Of a stretch of 64,000 nucleotides of DNA, positions 9,841-19,582 are shown one piece after another (position 1 is the stretch's first letter; every line of letters starts with the position of its first letter). The notes under the pieces were generated by a model, which saw only the letters and a list, made by a program, of their open reading frames with translations, did no database searches and was not told where the DNA came from. Position numbers and translations under genes: made by a program. The DNA comes from an uncultured Flavobacteriales bacterium (GTDB lineage Bacteria; Bacteroidota; Bacteroidia; Flavobacteriales_D; Sanyastnellaceae). Location: contig CBFHPD010000027.1 of NCBI GenBank assembly GCA_965657495.1, forward strand, positions 9,888 through 73,887, given 5' to 3'.

Positions 9841-11619
9841 ATGTGGAAGCCGACCTGGAAGAGTGTGCAACCGTGGCTGAAGGCTTGGGCTAAAAGCGAG
9901 CAGTCCCTGCTGGCTTGGGCAGCAGTCATCGGCATGGTGGCCGGTGGCATGACAGTGGCCCTCAAGAACGGGGTAGCGCTGTTGCGCCGGGGGTTGCTTG
10001 GCGTGCAGGAGGTCACGGCTTGGGAAGGCGTGCTGGCCTTGGGACCAGTGCTGGGCTTGGTGGCCACGGCCTGGTTTGTTCGGCGCGGGGCGAAGGGGGA
10101 CCACCCCGGACCGGGGGTGCCGGCTACGTTGCACGCGCTCAGCCGCCGGCAGGGGCGCTTGAAGCGCAGGTGGATGTACTCGCCCTTGTTGGCGAGCTGG
10201 TTGACGGTGGGGCTGGGCGGTTCGGGTGGATTGGAAGCCCCGGCCTTGCAGGCCAGTGCGGCGTTCGGTTCAGAGGTGGCCACGGCAACGCGCCGCAACT
10301 TCAACCGCCGCGTGCTGTTGATTGCCTGCGCAGCGGCGGCTTCGCTGGCAGCGACGTTCAAGGCACCCGTGGCGGCCATCATCTTTGCCGTGGAGGTCAT
10401 CATGATCGACCTGACGGCAGGGAGCTTGGTGCCGTTGTTGCTGGCCTCGCTCAGTTCGCTGCTGACCGCTTGGTTTTTGCTAGAAGGCGAGGACGTGTTG
10501 GCGGCGCCGGATTTGGCGGCTTTTGCGGTCGCGCGGTTGCCGTTTTATGCGGGCTTGGGGCTCCTCAGTGGGGCCGGAAGCGTGCTGTTCTCCAAACTCT
10601 ACCTCTGGTCGAGCGGCCGGATGCGCCGCGTGAAAGGGAGGGGCATACGCATCGCGTTGGCGGGCGTGCTCATGGGCGCAGCCGTGTGGTTGTTTCCGAG
10701 CTTGTACGGGGAGGGGTACGAGGTCATCAACGGGTTGTTTGATGGGGTGTCCACGGGCCTGGCCGCGGACATGGCCATCCATTTGTTCGCCCCGGAGGGA
10801 CTCTTGCTCGTCCTTGTGTTGCTGGCTGCATGGGCATTGAAGCCTGTGCTGACGGGGTTCACGGTGGGAGCCGGCGGGGTGGCGGGAGTCTTCGCGCCGG
10901 TGCTGTTTTCGGGGGCCGTGTTGGGCTACGTGTTCGCTGTCGGCCTCAATTTGCTCGCGGGCGCGGATGTGATGCCGGTGGGCAATGCGGTGTTGGCCGG
11001 ACTTGCGGGGATGTTGGCCGGGGTGCTGCACGCCCCGCTCACGGCCGTCTTTTTGGCAGCAGAAGTCAGCGGGGGGTACGATTTGTTCGTGCCGGTGATG
11101 TTGACGGCGGCGTTGAGTTTCCAGTTGGCCCGCCACCTGCTGAAGCACTCGGTTTACACGAAGGAACTCGCGGAGAGCGGGGATTTGCTCTCGCACAACA
11201 AGGACCAGGCGGTGCTGACGTTGATGTCCTTGAAGGATGAGGTGGAGAGTGATTTTGTGGCGGTGGCGCCGGATGCGACGTTGGGGGATTTGGTCCAAAT
11301 CATCGCCCGCTCCTCGCGCAACCTCCACCCGGTCCTCGCCCCCGACGGGGAACTGCTCGGCATCATCGACCTGCAGGACATCCGCCAAATCATGTTCGAC
11401 CGCGACCAATACGAAACCCTGAGCGTCCACGAGTTGATGGCGGCTCCACTCGCCACGCTCGAAGTGCACGCGCGCATGGACGATGTCATGGCGCAGTTCG
11501 AACGGACGAAGGCGTGGAACCTTCCCGTGGTCGCTCAGGGCAAGTATGTGGGCTTCGTTTCGCGGTCACGCCTGTTCAGCGCTTACCGCCGCTGGCTCCG
11601 CGAAACGCACCAGGATTAG
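9841..11619 (+). CDS. ClC-family voltage-gated chloride channel/antiporter with a C-terminal CBS pair
   Basis: Selectivity-filter-like GSGGLEAP and GVFAP motifs, about 10 TM helices, and a C-terminal CBS pair (VAVAPDATLGDLVQII...HPVLAPDGELLGIID; ...WNLPVVAQGKYVGFVSR). Confidence 0.85.
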   Translation: MWKPTWKSVQPWLKAWAKSEQSLLAWAAVIGMVAGGMTVALKNGVALLRRGLLGVQEVTAWEGVLALGPVLGLVATAWFVRRGAKGDHPGPGVPATLHALSRRQGRLKRRWMYSPLLASWLTVGLGGSGGLEAPALQASAAFGSEVATATRRNFNRRVLLIACAAAASLAATFKAPVAAIIFAVEVIMIDLTAGSLVPLLLASLSSLLTAWFLLEGEDVLAAPDLAAFAVARLPFYAGLGLLSGAGSVLFSKLYLWSSGRMRRVKGRGIRIALAGVLMGAAVWLFPSLYGEGYEVINGLFDGVSTGLAADMAIHLFAPEGLLLVLVLLAAWALKPVLTGFTVGAGGVAGVFAPVLFSGAVLGYVFAVGLNLLAGADVMPVGNAVLAGLAGMLAGVLHAPLTAVFLAAEVSGGYDLFVPVMLTAALSFQLARHLLKHSVYTKELAESGDLLSHNKDQAVLTLMSLKDEVESDFVAVAPDATLGDLVQIIARSSRNLHPVLAPDGELLGIIDLQDIRQIMFDRDQYETLSVHELMAAPLATLEVHARMDDVMAQFERTKAWNLPVVAQGKYVGFVSRSRLFSAYRRWLRETHQD

Positions 11620-12062
11620 GCGTGCTGGCCTTGCGCGAACCCTTCGGGGTTCACGATTGGCAACACCGCACGGTGCAAGTAGGTGCCTTTGAAGGTGCTC
11701 CACATCACGCCGCGCATCGTGCTGATCGCTACGCCGTTGAGGTTGTTGATGAGGTCCTTGGGAATGGCGATTTGACCGTTCTCATCCTTCTTTGCGTGTT
11801 GCGCCAAACCGTCCACTTGAAAGACCATTCGGCCGGAGAAGTGGGCCAAATCTTGTTGGCTGTCTTCGTGGGTGGTTTTGATCATGCAAATCACGCCGAT
11901 GGCCGATTCTTTTTCCATGATTTGATGCTTCAATTGCACATTGAAGTTCATCTTTTGATCCGGAGCGAATCCGGGTGCCGGCTCAGCCAAGTTGCAGCTG
12001 AGCATGTCCATGCCGCCGATGCGGTAGGTGAAGGTGTTTTCGGGTGCAGTCATGCTGTTCAA
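11616..12062 (-). CDS. Hypothetical protein, possibly with a SecB-like chaperone fold
   Basis: 148-aa ORF with good coding appearance. By eye it is collinear with E. coli SecB (TFTYRI.. versus TFQIQRI.., ...LPIVNPEGF versus LAPVNFDALF). The functional call is weak. Confidence 0.4.
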   Translation of the reverse strand: MNSMTAPENTFTYRIGGMDMLSCNLAEPAPGFAPDQKMNFNVQLKHQIMEKESAIGVICMIKTTHEDSQQDLAHFSGRMVFQVDGLAQHAKKDENGQIAIPKDLINNLNGVAISTMRGVMWSTFKGTYLHRAVLPIVNPEGFAQGQHA

Positions 12063-12092
12063 AATTCGTTGAATGTGCCTACCTGTACGGAG

Positions 12093-12121
12093 CGTACCCC
12101 GAAAGGTTCGGACGTTTTTTT
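12093..12121 (+). terminator. Plus-strand intrinsic-terminator-like hairpin with a T7 run and no plus-strand gene immediately upstream
   Basis: CGT-AC-CCGAA-AGG-TTCGG-ACG followed by TTTTTTT (12115-12121). Confidence 0.3.
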
Positions 12122-12163
12122 ACGCGGAATCGACGGGGACTGAAAACCAACTGCTTAGGTGTT

Positions 12164-12955
12164 TCAATTTAAAAAGTCCGCTGTGACGTCGAAGAATTCG
12201 TCCGGTTGTTCGGCGTGCAACCAATGGCCCGCCCCTTCCATGGCGTGGTGCTCAAATTGCAAAAACGCGGCATCGAAAGCGGCCAGGTCGTCGGCGCTGA
12301 CGTAATGCGAACGCGTGCCGTAGATGGACATGGTGGGCAGCGTGTTGACACTGAGTTCCACCGGCCCGACGACCTCCGGCAGGGCCGCGTTCAACACGGG
12401 CAAGTTGGCCCGCCAAGCATATCCGCCTGCTTTCAAGCGCCGCAGGCCTTTCATCAAGAACGCGACAATCGCGGGGTCTCCGAGGCGCTGCCGCACGTCC
12501 GCCTCCACCTCTCCCCGGTCCGACACACGGCCGAGATCCACGGACATCAACGCGTCGAAAATCGGCTGGTGGTGCACGGGGTAGGCGCGCGCGGCCATGT
12601 CGGCGATGACGAGCCGCTCCACCCGTTCGGGGTGGGTCAAGCCGAGGAGCAGGGCGGTTTTTCCGCCCATGCTGTGGCCGAGTACGCTCGCACGCTCAAG
12701 GCCGTGCTGGTCCATGAATGCGATGACATCGGCCACCATGGCCGGGTAGGTGTGCACCGGATCGTGGGGGCTGCGCCCGTGGTTGCGCGCGTCAAGCAGC
12801 CACACCCGGTGCGTCTCTGCGTAGCGTTTTCCGAGGGTTTGCCAGTTGTCGGAGGAGCCAAGCAGGCCGTGGAGGATGATGAGGTGGGGAGCGCCGGGCT
12901 CGCCGAGTGAGCGGTGGAAGATGGGGATGGGCATGGCGGTGCAAATTTGGCCCAA
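12164..12955 (-). CDS. Alpha/beta-fold hydrolase (YbfF-like esterase)
   Basis: HLIILHGLLGSSDNW, nucleophile elbow GHSMGG, and C-terminal GHWLHAEQPDEF. The start could be the internal MPIPIF, 7 codons downstream. Confidence 0.8.
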   Translation of the reverse strand: MGQICTAMPIPIFHRSLGEPGAPHLIILHGLLGSSDNWQTLGKRYAETHRVWLLDARNHGRSPHDPVHTYPAMVADVIAFMDQHGLERASVLGHSMGGKTALLLGLTHPERVERLVIADMAARAYPVHHQPIFDALMSVDLGRVSDRGEVEADVRQRLGDPAIVAFLMKGLRRLKAGGYAWRANLPVLNAALPEVVGPVELSVNTLPTMSIYGTRSHYVSADDLAAFDAAFLQFEHHAMEGAGHWLHAEQPDEFFDVTADFLN

Positions 12956-12979
12956 AACCAGGCCCCACCCAAGCGCCCG

Positions 12980-13696
12980 CTACCCCCGCGGCTGCAGGCA
13001 GTCCAGGTACCGCCGCACCGTCGCCTCCAGCCCGTCGTACAGGGCATCCGAAATCAGCGCGTGCCCGATGCTCACCTCGGCCAAATGCGGCACCGCATGC
13101 ACAAACGCCGGCAAATTCGCGGCATTCAAATCGTGCCCCGCATTCACGCCCAAGCCCAGCCCGTGCGCGTATTCCGCCGCCCGCGCAAACGGCTCCACCG
13201 CCGCCGGGTCCGGGAACCCCGCCGCGAACGGCTCGGTGTACAACTCGATCCGATCGGTACCGACAGCTGCCGCCGCGTCCGCCAACCGCGGCGCCGTCTC
13301 GAGGAACAACGACGTCCGCATCCCGGCCTGCCGCAACTCCATCACCACCTCCTGCAAAAACGCCGCGTGGCGCACCGTGTCCCACCCCGCGTTGCTCGTC
13401 AACGTGTCCGGCGGGTCCGGCACCAACGTCACTTGGTCCGGCTTCACTGCAAGCACCAGGTCGAGGAAATCCCGGCTGGGGTAGCCCTCCACATTGAACT
13501 CGGTGTGCACCACGGGACGCAGCGCGCGCACGTCGTCGTACGTGATGTGACGGGCATCGGGCCGCGGATGCACGGTGATGCCGTGCGCCCCAAATTCCTG
13601 GATGCGCACCGCCGCTTTGACGACGTCGGGCAGGCCTCCTCCGCGGGCATTGCGCAGGGTGGCGATTTTATTTACGTTGACGCTGAGGCGTGTCAT
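12980..13696 (-). CDS. pdxJ: Pyridoxine 5'-phosphate synthase
   Basis: ATG at 13696. MTRLSVNVNKIATLRNARGG..PDV...GITVHPRPDARHI...EFNVEGYP...VTLVPD...IELYT...VNAGHDL...EVSIGHALI. Confidence 0.9.
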   Translation of the reverse strand: MTRLSVNVNKIATLRNARGGGLPDVVKAAVRIQEFGAHGITVHPRPDARHITYDDVRALRPVVHTEFNVEGYPSRDFLDLVLAVKPDQVTLVPDPPDTLTSNAGWDTVRHAAFLQEVVMELRQAGMRTSLFLETAPRLADAAAAVGTDRIELYTEPFAAGFPDPAAVEPFARAAEYAHGLGLGVNAGHDLNAANLPAFVHAVPHLAEVSIGHALISDALYDGLEATVRRYLDCLQPRG

Positions 13697-13758
13697 GATG
13701 TACCTTTCGGTTTTGAAACGGACCAAACCGGCCGTCAAAATTACACGCAAACCCCCTC

Positions 13759-14409
13759 ATGTACGCACAACGCTTGCTCAACCGGGACCTGCCCACCGCC
13801 CGGCCCGACGATGCGGTCGGCCGCGTCCTCGAATTGATGGACGAATACAAGGTGCGCCAGCTCCCGCTCGTGGACGGCGATGCGTTTGAAGGGTTGGTCT
13901 ACGAGGACGACTTGCTCGAGGCGGAGGAGACCACGCCGATGGCCTTGCTGCTCGGTCAGCCGGTCATGGCGGCGCCGCATTTGCACGTGTACGATGTGGT
14001 GGCGAAGCTCGTTGAGGCGGAGGTGGACGTCCTGCCGGTGGTGAAGGAGGGGCATTACCTCGGGGCGGTGACGCGGGCGGCGATCTTGACGTTCCTGGCG
14101 CAAGATGCGGCGTGGGGCCACGTCGGGGGGACCGTGGTGGTGGAGGTGCCGGAGGTCGATCTGAGCTTGTCGGAAATGGCGCGGATTGTGGAGTCGAATG
14201 GCGCGCGGGTTTTGGCCTACACGGTTGCGGCTCAGCCAGATAACCAAAAGGTAGAAGTCACCTTCAAGCTCAATACGCAAGATGTGGAGCCGCTGCTCGA
14301 CGCCCTCCAACGCTTCGGTTACACCATCCAAACCTTCTTCCACAGCCCGGAACTCGAGGAGGAGATGCGGGAGCGGTTCGAGGCCTTTATGCGGTACCTG
14401 AATACGTAA
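13759..14409 (+). CDS. CBS-domain pair protein
   Basis: Two CBS-like repeats (VRQLPLVDGDAFEGLV; VDVLPVVKEGHYLGAVT) plus a C-terminal ACT-like segment. It sits between pdxJ and nadK, as is usual in Bacteroidota. Confidence 0.7.
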   Translation: MYAQRLLNRDLPTARPDDAVGRVLELMDEYKVRQLPLVDGDAFEGLVYEDDLLEAEETTPMALLLGQPVMAAPHLHVYDVVAKLVEAEVDVLPVVKEGHYLGAVTRAAILTFLAQDAAWGHVGGTVVVEVPEVDLSLSEMARIVESNGARVLAYTVAAQPDNQKVEVTFKLNTQDVEPLLDALQRFGYTIQTFFHSPELEEEMRERFEAFMRYLNT

Positions 14410-14412
14410 GTG

Positions 14413-15291
14413 ATGAAGATTGCCCTGTTCGGAAAGCGCTTCGATGCGGCCTACGACGACGCCGTGAAACACGTGCTGCGGCGGGTGTTGGAGCTCGACC
14501 CCTCGCCCTGCGTGAACGGTCCGTTTCGGGAAGAGCTGCTCGAGCGCATGGACCTCGCTGAGCACTTGCGGGAGTACACCACGGCCGAGGAGGTGGCCGC
14601 GTGCAACCTCATGGTGGTCATCGGCGGCGACGGTTCCGTGCTGGAAGCCGCTACGTGGGTCCGCCATTCCATGGTGCCCGTCCTCGGGGTGAACACCGGG
14701 CGGCTCGGTTTCCTCTCCAACGTGGGCACGGACGAAGTGGACCTAGCCATGGACGCGGTGCTCGCGGGCAAGGTGTGGTACGAAGACCGGGCGATGCTGG
14801 AAGTCCGTGTGGACGGCGAATACCTGAGCGACTTCCCATTTGCATTGAACGAAGTGGCGGTCATGAAGCGCGACACGTCGAGCATGGTGACGGTGGAGGT
14901 GACGCGCGACGACCAATTCGTGAACACGTACTGGGCGGACGGGTTGATCGTGGCGACGCCGACGGGTTCGACGGCTTATTCACTCAGCGCGGGGGGACCG
15001 ATTGTGATGCCAGGCTCGGAGGTGTTGAGCATCACACCCATCGCGCCGCACAACCTGAACGACCGCCCGCTCGTGGTGCCATTCACGGGCCGGCTCGAGC
15101 TGACGCCGGATGGCCGGGAGCAGCAGTTCTTGCTCGGGTTGGATTCGCGCACGTTCCAAATCGCAGCGGGCTCCACCGTCCAAGTGACCCCGGCCCCCTT
15201 CCGGTTGCGCCTGCTCAACCTCGAGCACCAGGAGTTTTTCTCCACGGTTCGGGCGAAGATGCACTGGGGCGTGGATCCGCGGACGCGGTGA
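14413..15291 (+). CDS. nadK: NAD(+) kinase
   Basis: GGDGSVLEA, NTGRLGFL and TPTGSTAYSLSAGGPIV motifs. Confidence 0.9.
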   Translation: MKIALFGKRFDAAYDDAVKHVLRRVLELDPSPCVNGPFREELLERMDLAEHLREYTTAEEVAACNLMVVIGGDGSVLEAATWVRHSMVPVLGVNTGRLGFLSNVGTDEVDLAMDAVLAGKVWYEDRAMLEVRVDGEYLSDFPFALNEVAVMKRDTSSMVTVEVTRDDQFVNTYWADGLIVATPTGSTAYSLSAGGPIVMPGSEVLSITPIAPHNLNDRPLVVPFTGRLELTPDGREQQFLLGLDSRTFQIAAGSTVQVTPAPFRLRLLNLEHQEFFSTVRAKMHWGVDPRTR

Positions 15292-15365
15292 TGCTTCGGG
15301 ATTTGGGCTAAATTCACATGCCTGTTCGGGCAATGTCTTGTACTTTCGCGCGTTGACAGCCGGAG

Positions 15366-16238
15366 ATGGAACGATTGAACCTTTTCAGAATTTGCTTGTT
15401 GTCGGCCCTTGCAACGGGCTTGCTGGCGGCGCCGGCGAGCGGTGTGGCGCAAGGGAAATTCGATCGCTCGAAGGAGTTGGGGTTGATGCTCGGCACGTCC
15501 TATTACATGGGGGATTTGAATCCAGGAGGGCACTTTGGGGGGCGCAAGCACGTCGCCTACGGGGGCTTCTTTCGAAGCAATTTGAACCGGCGGCTGAGCG
15601 TGCGTGGGCACATCCTTTCGGGCCGAGTGGAAGCGTGGGACGCAGACAGCGAAGCGGCGTGGCAGCGCAACCGCAACTTGCATTTCCGGAACCACATCAC
15701 GGAAGTCGGTGGCATCCTCGAGATCAATTACATCGACTACCAAATCGGCACGCCCAGCCGCAAAGTCTGCGCCTACCTGCTCACGGGGTTGAGCGTTTAC
15801 ACGCACATGCCCGAGGCGGCACTGGACGGGACGTGGTTTGAATTGGCACCGCTCAGCACGGAGGGGCAGGGCACTTCGTGGGGCGAGGCGTATGGCGTGG
15901 GCTCCTATGCGCTGACCGGTTTGGCGCTGCCGTTTGGATTCGGTTTCAAAGTGAATTTGGGTCCGTTTGCTGGATTCAATTTGGAATGGGCCGTTCGCAA
16001 GACCTGGAACGATTACCTCGATGACGTCAGCGGCGTCTATGCGGACCCCCTTGTTTTGAGCGATGAGCGAGGCGATTTGTCGGTTCAGCTTGCGGACCAA
16101 TCCCTTGAACGCCCCACCGCGCTCGACAACAACACGGGGCTCATGCGCGGCGACCCCGGACGCGATGATGCTTATGGTTTTGTCACCGCATCCGTCACCT
16201 TCCGCGTCGGCAAAAAACCCACAACGTGTTGGAATTGA
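15366..16238 (+). CDS. Outer-membrane beta-barrel protein of the DUF6089 type
   Basis: Signal peptide followed by alternating beta-strand pattern (GLMLGTSYYMGDLN, GGFFRSNLNRRLSVRG...). It occupies the conserved position between nadK and uppS. Confidence 0.6.
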   Translation: MERLNLFRICLLSALATGLLAAPASGVAQGKFDRSKELGLMLGTSYYMGDLNPGGHFGGRKHVAYGGFFRSNLNRRLSVRGHILSGRVEAWDADSEAAWQRNRNLHFRNHITEVGGILEINYIDYQIGTPSRKVCAYLLTGLSVYTHMPEAALDGTWFELAPLSTEGQGTSWGEAYGVGSYALTGLALPFGFGFKVNLGPFAGFNLEWAVRKTWNDYLDDVSGVYADPLVLSDERGDLSVQLADQSLERPTALDNNTGLMRGDPGRDDAYGFVTASVTFRVGKKPTTCWN

Positions 16239-17023
16239 TGGCTGAAAATCAACCGACCACTGAGCAGAAGCAGTTCCTTGGTGCGCACGGCATCTTGCCC
16301 GACCGCGTGCCCCAGCACGTGGCCATCATCATGGATGGGAACGGCCGGTGGGCGAAGGACCGCGGTGAGGATCGCGTGTTCGGACACATGCACGGCGTGG
16401 ATTCGGTGCGTGCCGCGGTGGAAGCTTCGTTGAAATCGGGGGTGCGGTACTTGACGCTCTACGCGTTTTCCACGGAGAACTGGAACCGCCCGAAGGAGGA
16501 GGTGGATGCGCTGATGGATTTGCTGGTGCGCACGCTGGTGCACGAGCTCGACGACTTGATGAGCAAGGGGGTGCGGCTGCGGGCCATCGGGGATTTGTCG
16601 TCCTTGCCGGAGGAGGCGCAGCAGGGCTTGCGCGAGGCGGAGCAGCGGACGGCGCATTTGACGGGCCTGGATTTGGTCCTCGCCCTCAGTTACAGTGCCA
16701 AATGGGAGCTCGTCGAAGCGGTGCGCCAAATCGTGCGCGAAGGCGTCGCCCCCGAGGACATCGACACCGAGACGCTGGACCGCCACCTCACGACGGCCGA
16801 CCTGCCGGACCCCGAGCTCATGATCCGCACCAGTGGGGAGCGCCGCATCAGCAACTTCATGCTGTGGCAACTGGCTTACGCGGAATTCCACTTCACCCCC
16901 GTGATGTGGCCCGATTTCCGGGAGGCTCATTTTTTGGAGGCCATCCGCGATTACCAGCGGCGTGAACGGCGGTTTGGCGGACTTTTAGATACGAATCACA
17001 ACGAATGGAACCAGGAGGCATGA
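16238..17023 (+). CDS. uppS: Undecaprenyl-diphosphate synthase (isoprenyl transferase)
   Basis: HVAIIMDGNGRWAK, LTLYAFSTENWNRP and IRTSGERRISNFMLWQLAYAE. The ATG at 16238 overlaps the preceding TGA by 1 nt. Confidence 0.9.
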   Translation: MAENQPTTEQKQFLGAHGILPDRVPQHVAIIMDGNGRWAKDRGEDRVFGHMHGVDSVRAAVEASLKSGVRYLTLYAFSTENWNRPKEEVDALMDLLVRTLVHELDDLMSKGVRLRAIGDLSSLPEEAQQGLREAEQRTAHLTGLDLVLALSYSAKWELVEAVRQIVREGVAPEDIDTETLDRHLTTADLPDPELMIRTSGERRISNFMLWQLAYAEFHFTPVMWPDFREAHFLEAIRDYQRRERRFGGLLDTNHNEWNQEA

Positions 17024-19542
17024 TGGGAGTTTTACGACGCGTGGGGAGCGCCCTGCTGTTGGCTGTGGCAGGAGCATTTACCGCTTCAGGCCAAATCAAC
17101 ATGGACCTGCCACACGACTACCGCATTGCGGGGGTTTCCGTGCTCGGGGCCGACTACTCGGACGTCCAGGCGATCAAGCTCTTCGCTGCGTTGCAGGTCG
17201 GGGAGGAAATCACGCTTCCGGGTGAAGAGGTCAGCAAGGCGATCCGCCGCTTGTGGGAGCAGGACCTCTTCGGCGACGTGTCCATCGAGCTCGCCGAAGT
17301 CCGCGGTGACGACGTTTACCTCGTGATCCGCGTGGTGGAACTGCCGCGCTTGACCCGTTACACCATCACCGGTGTCAGCCGCTCCGAACAGGAAACGCTG
17401 AAGGGCAAAATGGACCTCCTCACCGGCCGCATCGTGAACGAAAACGTGATGGCCACAGCGCGCAAGCGGCTCCTCGACCATTACGACGAGAAGGGTTACT
17501 GGGACGCGGAGGTGAACATCCAGCAGGTGCCCGACACAGCTTTTGCGAACGGCGCCATGCTCAGCATCGAAGTGAACAAAGGCGAGAAGGTCAAGGTGGG
17601 CGAGGTGCGGGTTTTGGGCCTGGAGCAACTCTCGGAAAAGGAAGTGAAGCGGGCGATGAAGGACCTGAAGGAACGGGCGTGGTTCCGGATTTTCAAGTCC
17701 ACCAAGTTCGTGGAGGAGAACATGGCCACTGCGCGCCAACAAATCCTCGGGCTGTACAACAACCAGGGCTACCGCAACGCGCGCATCCTGCGCGACACCA
17801 TTTACCGCTTGCCGGAAGGGGATGTGGGTGTGGCGTTTGAAATCGAAGAGGGCAATCCCTTCTATTTCGGCGACATCACGTTCACGGGGAACACGAAGTA
17901 CCGCTCGACCCAGCTCGATTCCATTTTGGGCATTCGGACCGGGGAGGTGTACAACCTCGAGCGCCTCGAGACGCGGCTGTTCATGGACCCCAAGGGCGTG
18001 GACCTCAGTTCCTTGTACCAGGACGATGGCTATTTGACCTTCCAAGCGATGCCCGTCGAGACCTCCATTGAAAACGACACCATCGACATCGAGGTGCGCA
18101 TGATGGAAGGCAAGCAATTCCGCATTGGAAAGATCATTGTGGAGGGCAATACGAAGACGAACGACCACGTCATCTACCGCGAAATCCGGACCCGGCCGGG
18201 CGACTTGTTCAGCCGCACGGACATCATTCGGACGCAGCGGGAATTGGCCCAGCTCAACTACTTCAATCCGGAGGCGTTCGGCATCAACCCCATTCAGCAT
18301 CCGGAAGACGGCACCGTGGACATCGAGTACCGCGTGGAGGAGAAGCCTTCAGACCAAATTGAACTCAGCGGCGGCTGGGGCGGTGGCCGGGTCGTCGGAA
18401 CCCTGGGCATCAGCTTCAACAACTTCTCCGTCAAGAACTTGTTCAACGGCGATGCGTGGCGGCCCATTCCGACGGGCGATGGCCAGCGGTTGAGCATCCG
18501 CGCCCAGTCGAACGGCCTGTTCTTCCAGAGCTACAACTTCAGCTTCACGGAGCCGTGGATGGGCGGCCGCAAACCCAATTCGCTCTCCTTCTCCGCTTGG
18601 CATTCGGTCCAAACCAACGGCCAAACGCGCAAGGTCGACGGGGAAATCAACCCCCTGCGCCAGAGCCTGAACATCACCGGGGTGCAGGTGGGCCTCGGCC
18701 AGCGCTGGAAGAAGCCGGACGACTGGTTTGTCATGCAGGCGGCCCTGAGCTACCAGCACTTTGTGTTGAACGATTACGGGGTGTTCTTCAGCTTCGCAAA
18801 CGGGGTGTCAAACAACTTGGCCTTGACGTGGAGCTTGGGACGGAACTCGGTGTCGGACCCGATTTATCCGGTGTGGGGGTCGAATGTGAACGTGACCGTC
18901 AAGGCGACTCCGCCCTATTCCGCTTTCCGCGGGGACGGCATTGATTACGAAGGCATGTCGGACCAGGAGCGCTTCCGTTGGGTGGAGTACCACAAATGGA
19001 AGGTGAAGGCCGAATGGTACACGCCCCTCACGCAATCTTCCGGCGAGAACCCGAAGACTTTGGTGTTGCGCACGCACGCCGGGTTTGGCCTCATCGGGCA
19101 GTACAACCGCGAGGTGGGGTTGTCGCCGTTCGAACGCTTCTACCTCGGCGGGGTGTTCCTGAGCGGATTCGTGCTCGATGGCCGCGAGATCATCAACTTG
19201 CGCGGCTTCGACGATTTGAGCTTGACCATGCCCAACCAAAACACGGGCGCCCCGGTCATCGCGAAATACGGCGCCGAGCTCCGCTACCCGCTGTCCACCA
19301 ACCCCAGCGCCACCATCTACCTCTTGTCCTTCCTCGACGCGGGCAAAACGTGGGCCGACGCCCGTGAATTCAACCCCTTCCAAGTGTACCGCTCCGCCGG
19401 TGTCGGCATGCGGATCTTCCTGCCGATGTTCGGTTTGTTGGGCTTGGACTACGGCTGGCGCCTCGACGACATTCCCACCGCGCCCAACATGGCCCGCGGC
19501 CAATTCCACTTCAGCATGGGCATGAACATCGGAGAATTGTGA
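17020..19542 (+). CDS. bamA: Outer membrane protein assembly factor BamA
   Basis: Signal peptide, repeated POTRA-like modules, and a C-terminal barrel ending ...QFHFSMGMNIGEL. The ATG at 17020 overlaps the uppS stop as ATGA. Confidence 0.9.
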   Translation: MMGVLRRVGSALLLAVAGAFTASGQINMDLPHDYRIAGVSVLGADYSDVQAIKLFAALQVGEEITLPGEEVSKAIRRLWEQDLFGDVSIELAEVRGDDVYLVIRVVELPRLTRYTITGVSRSEQETLKGKMDLLTGRIVNENVMATARKRLLDHYDEKGYWDAEVNIQQVPDTAFANGAMLSIEVNKGEKVKVGEVRVLGLEQLSEKEVKRAMKDLKERAWFRIFKSTKFVEENMATARQQILGLYNNQGYRNARILRDTIYRLPEGDVGVAFEIEEGNPFYFGDITFTGNTKYRSTQLDSILGIRTGEVYNLERLETRLFMDPKGVDLSSLYQDDGYLTFQAMPVETSIENDTIDIEVRMMEGKQFRIGKIIVEGNTKTNDHVIYREIRTRPGDLFSRTDIIRTQRELAQLNYFNPEAFGINPIQHPEDGTVDIEYRVEEKPSDQIELSGGWGGGRVVGTLGISFNNFSVKNLFNGDAWRPIPTGDGQRLSIRAQSNGLFFQSYNFSFTEPWMGGRKPNSLSFSAWHSVQTNGQTRKVDGEINPLRQSLNITGVQVGLGQRWKKPDDWFVMQAALSYQHFVLNDYGVFFSFANGVSNNLALTWSLGRNSVSDPIYPVWGSNVNVTVKATPPYSAFRGDGIDYEGMSDQERFRWVEYHKWKVKAEWYTPLTQSSGENPKTLVLRTHAGFGLIGQYNREVGLSPFERFYLGGVFLSGFVLDGREIINLRGFDDLSLTMPNQNTGAPVIAKYGAELRYPLSTNPSATIYLLSFLDAGKTWADAREFNPFQVYRSAGVGMRIFLPMFGLLGLDYGWRLDDIPTAPNMARGQFHFSMGMNIGEL

Positions 19543-19582
19543 TGCCCCCTACCTGCCCAGACCTTTGTATCTTCAACCGCTC

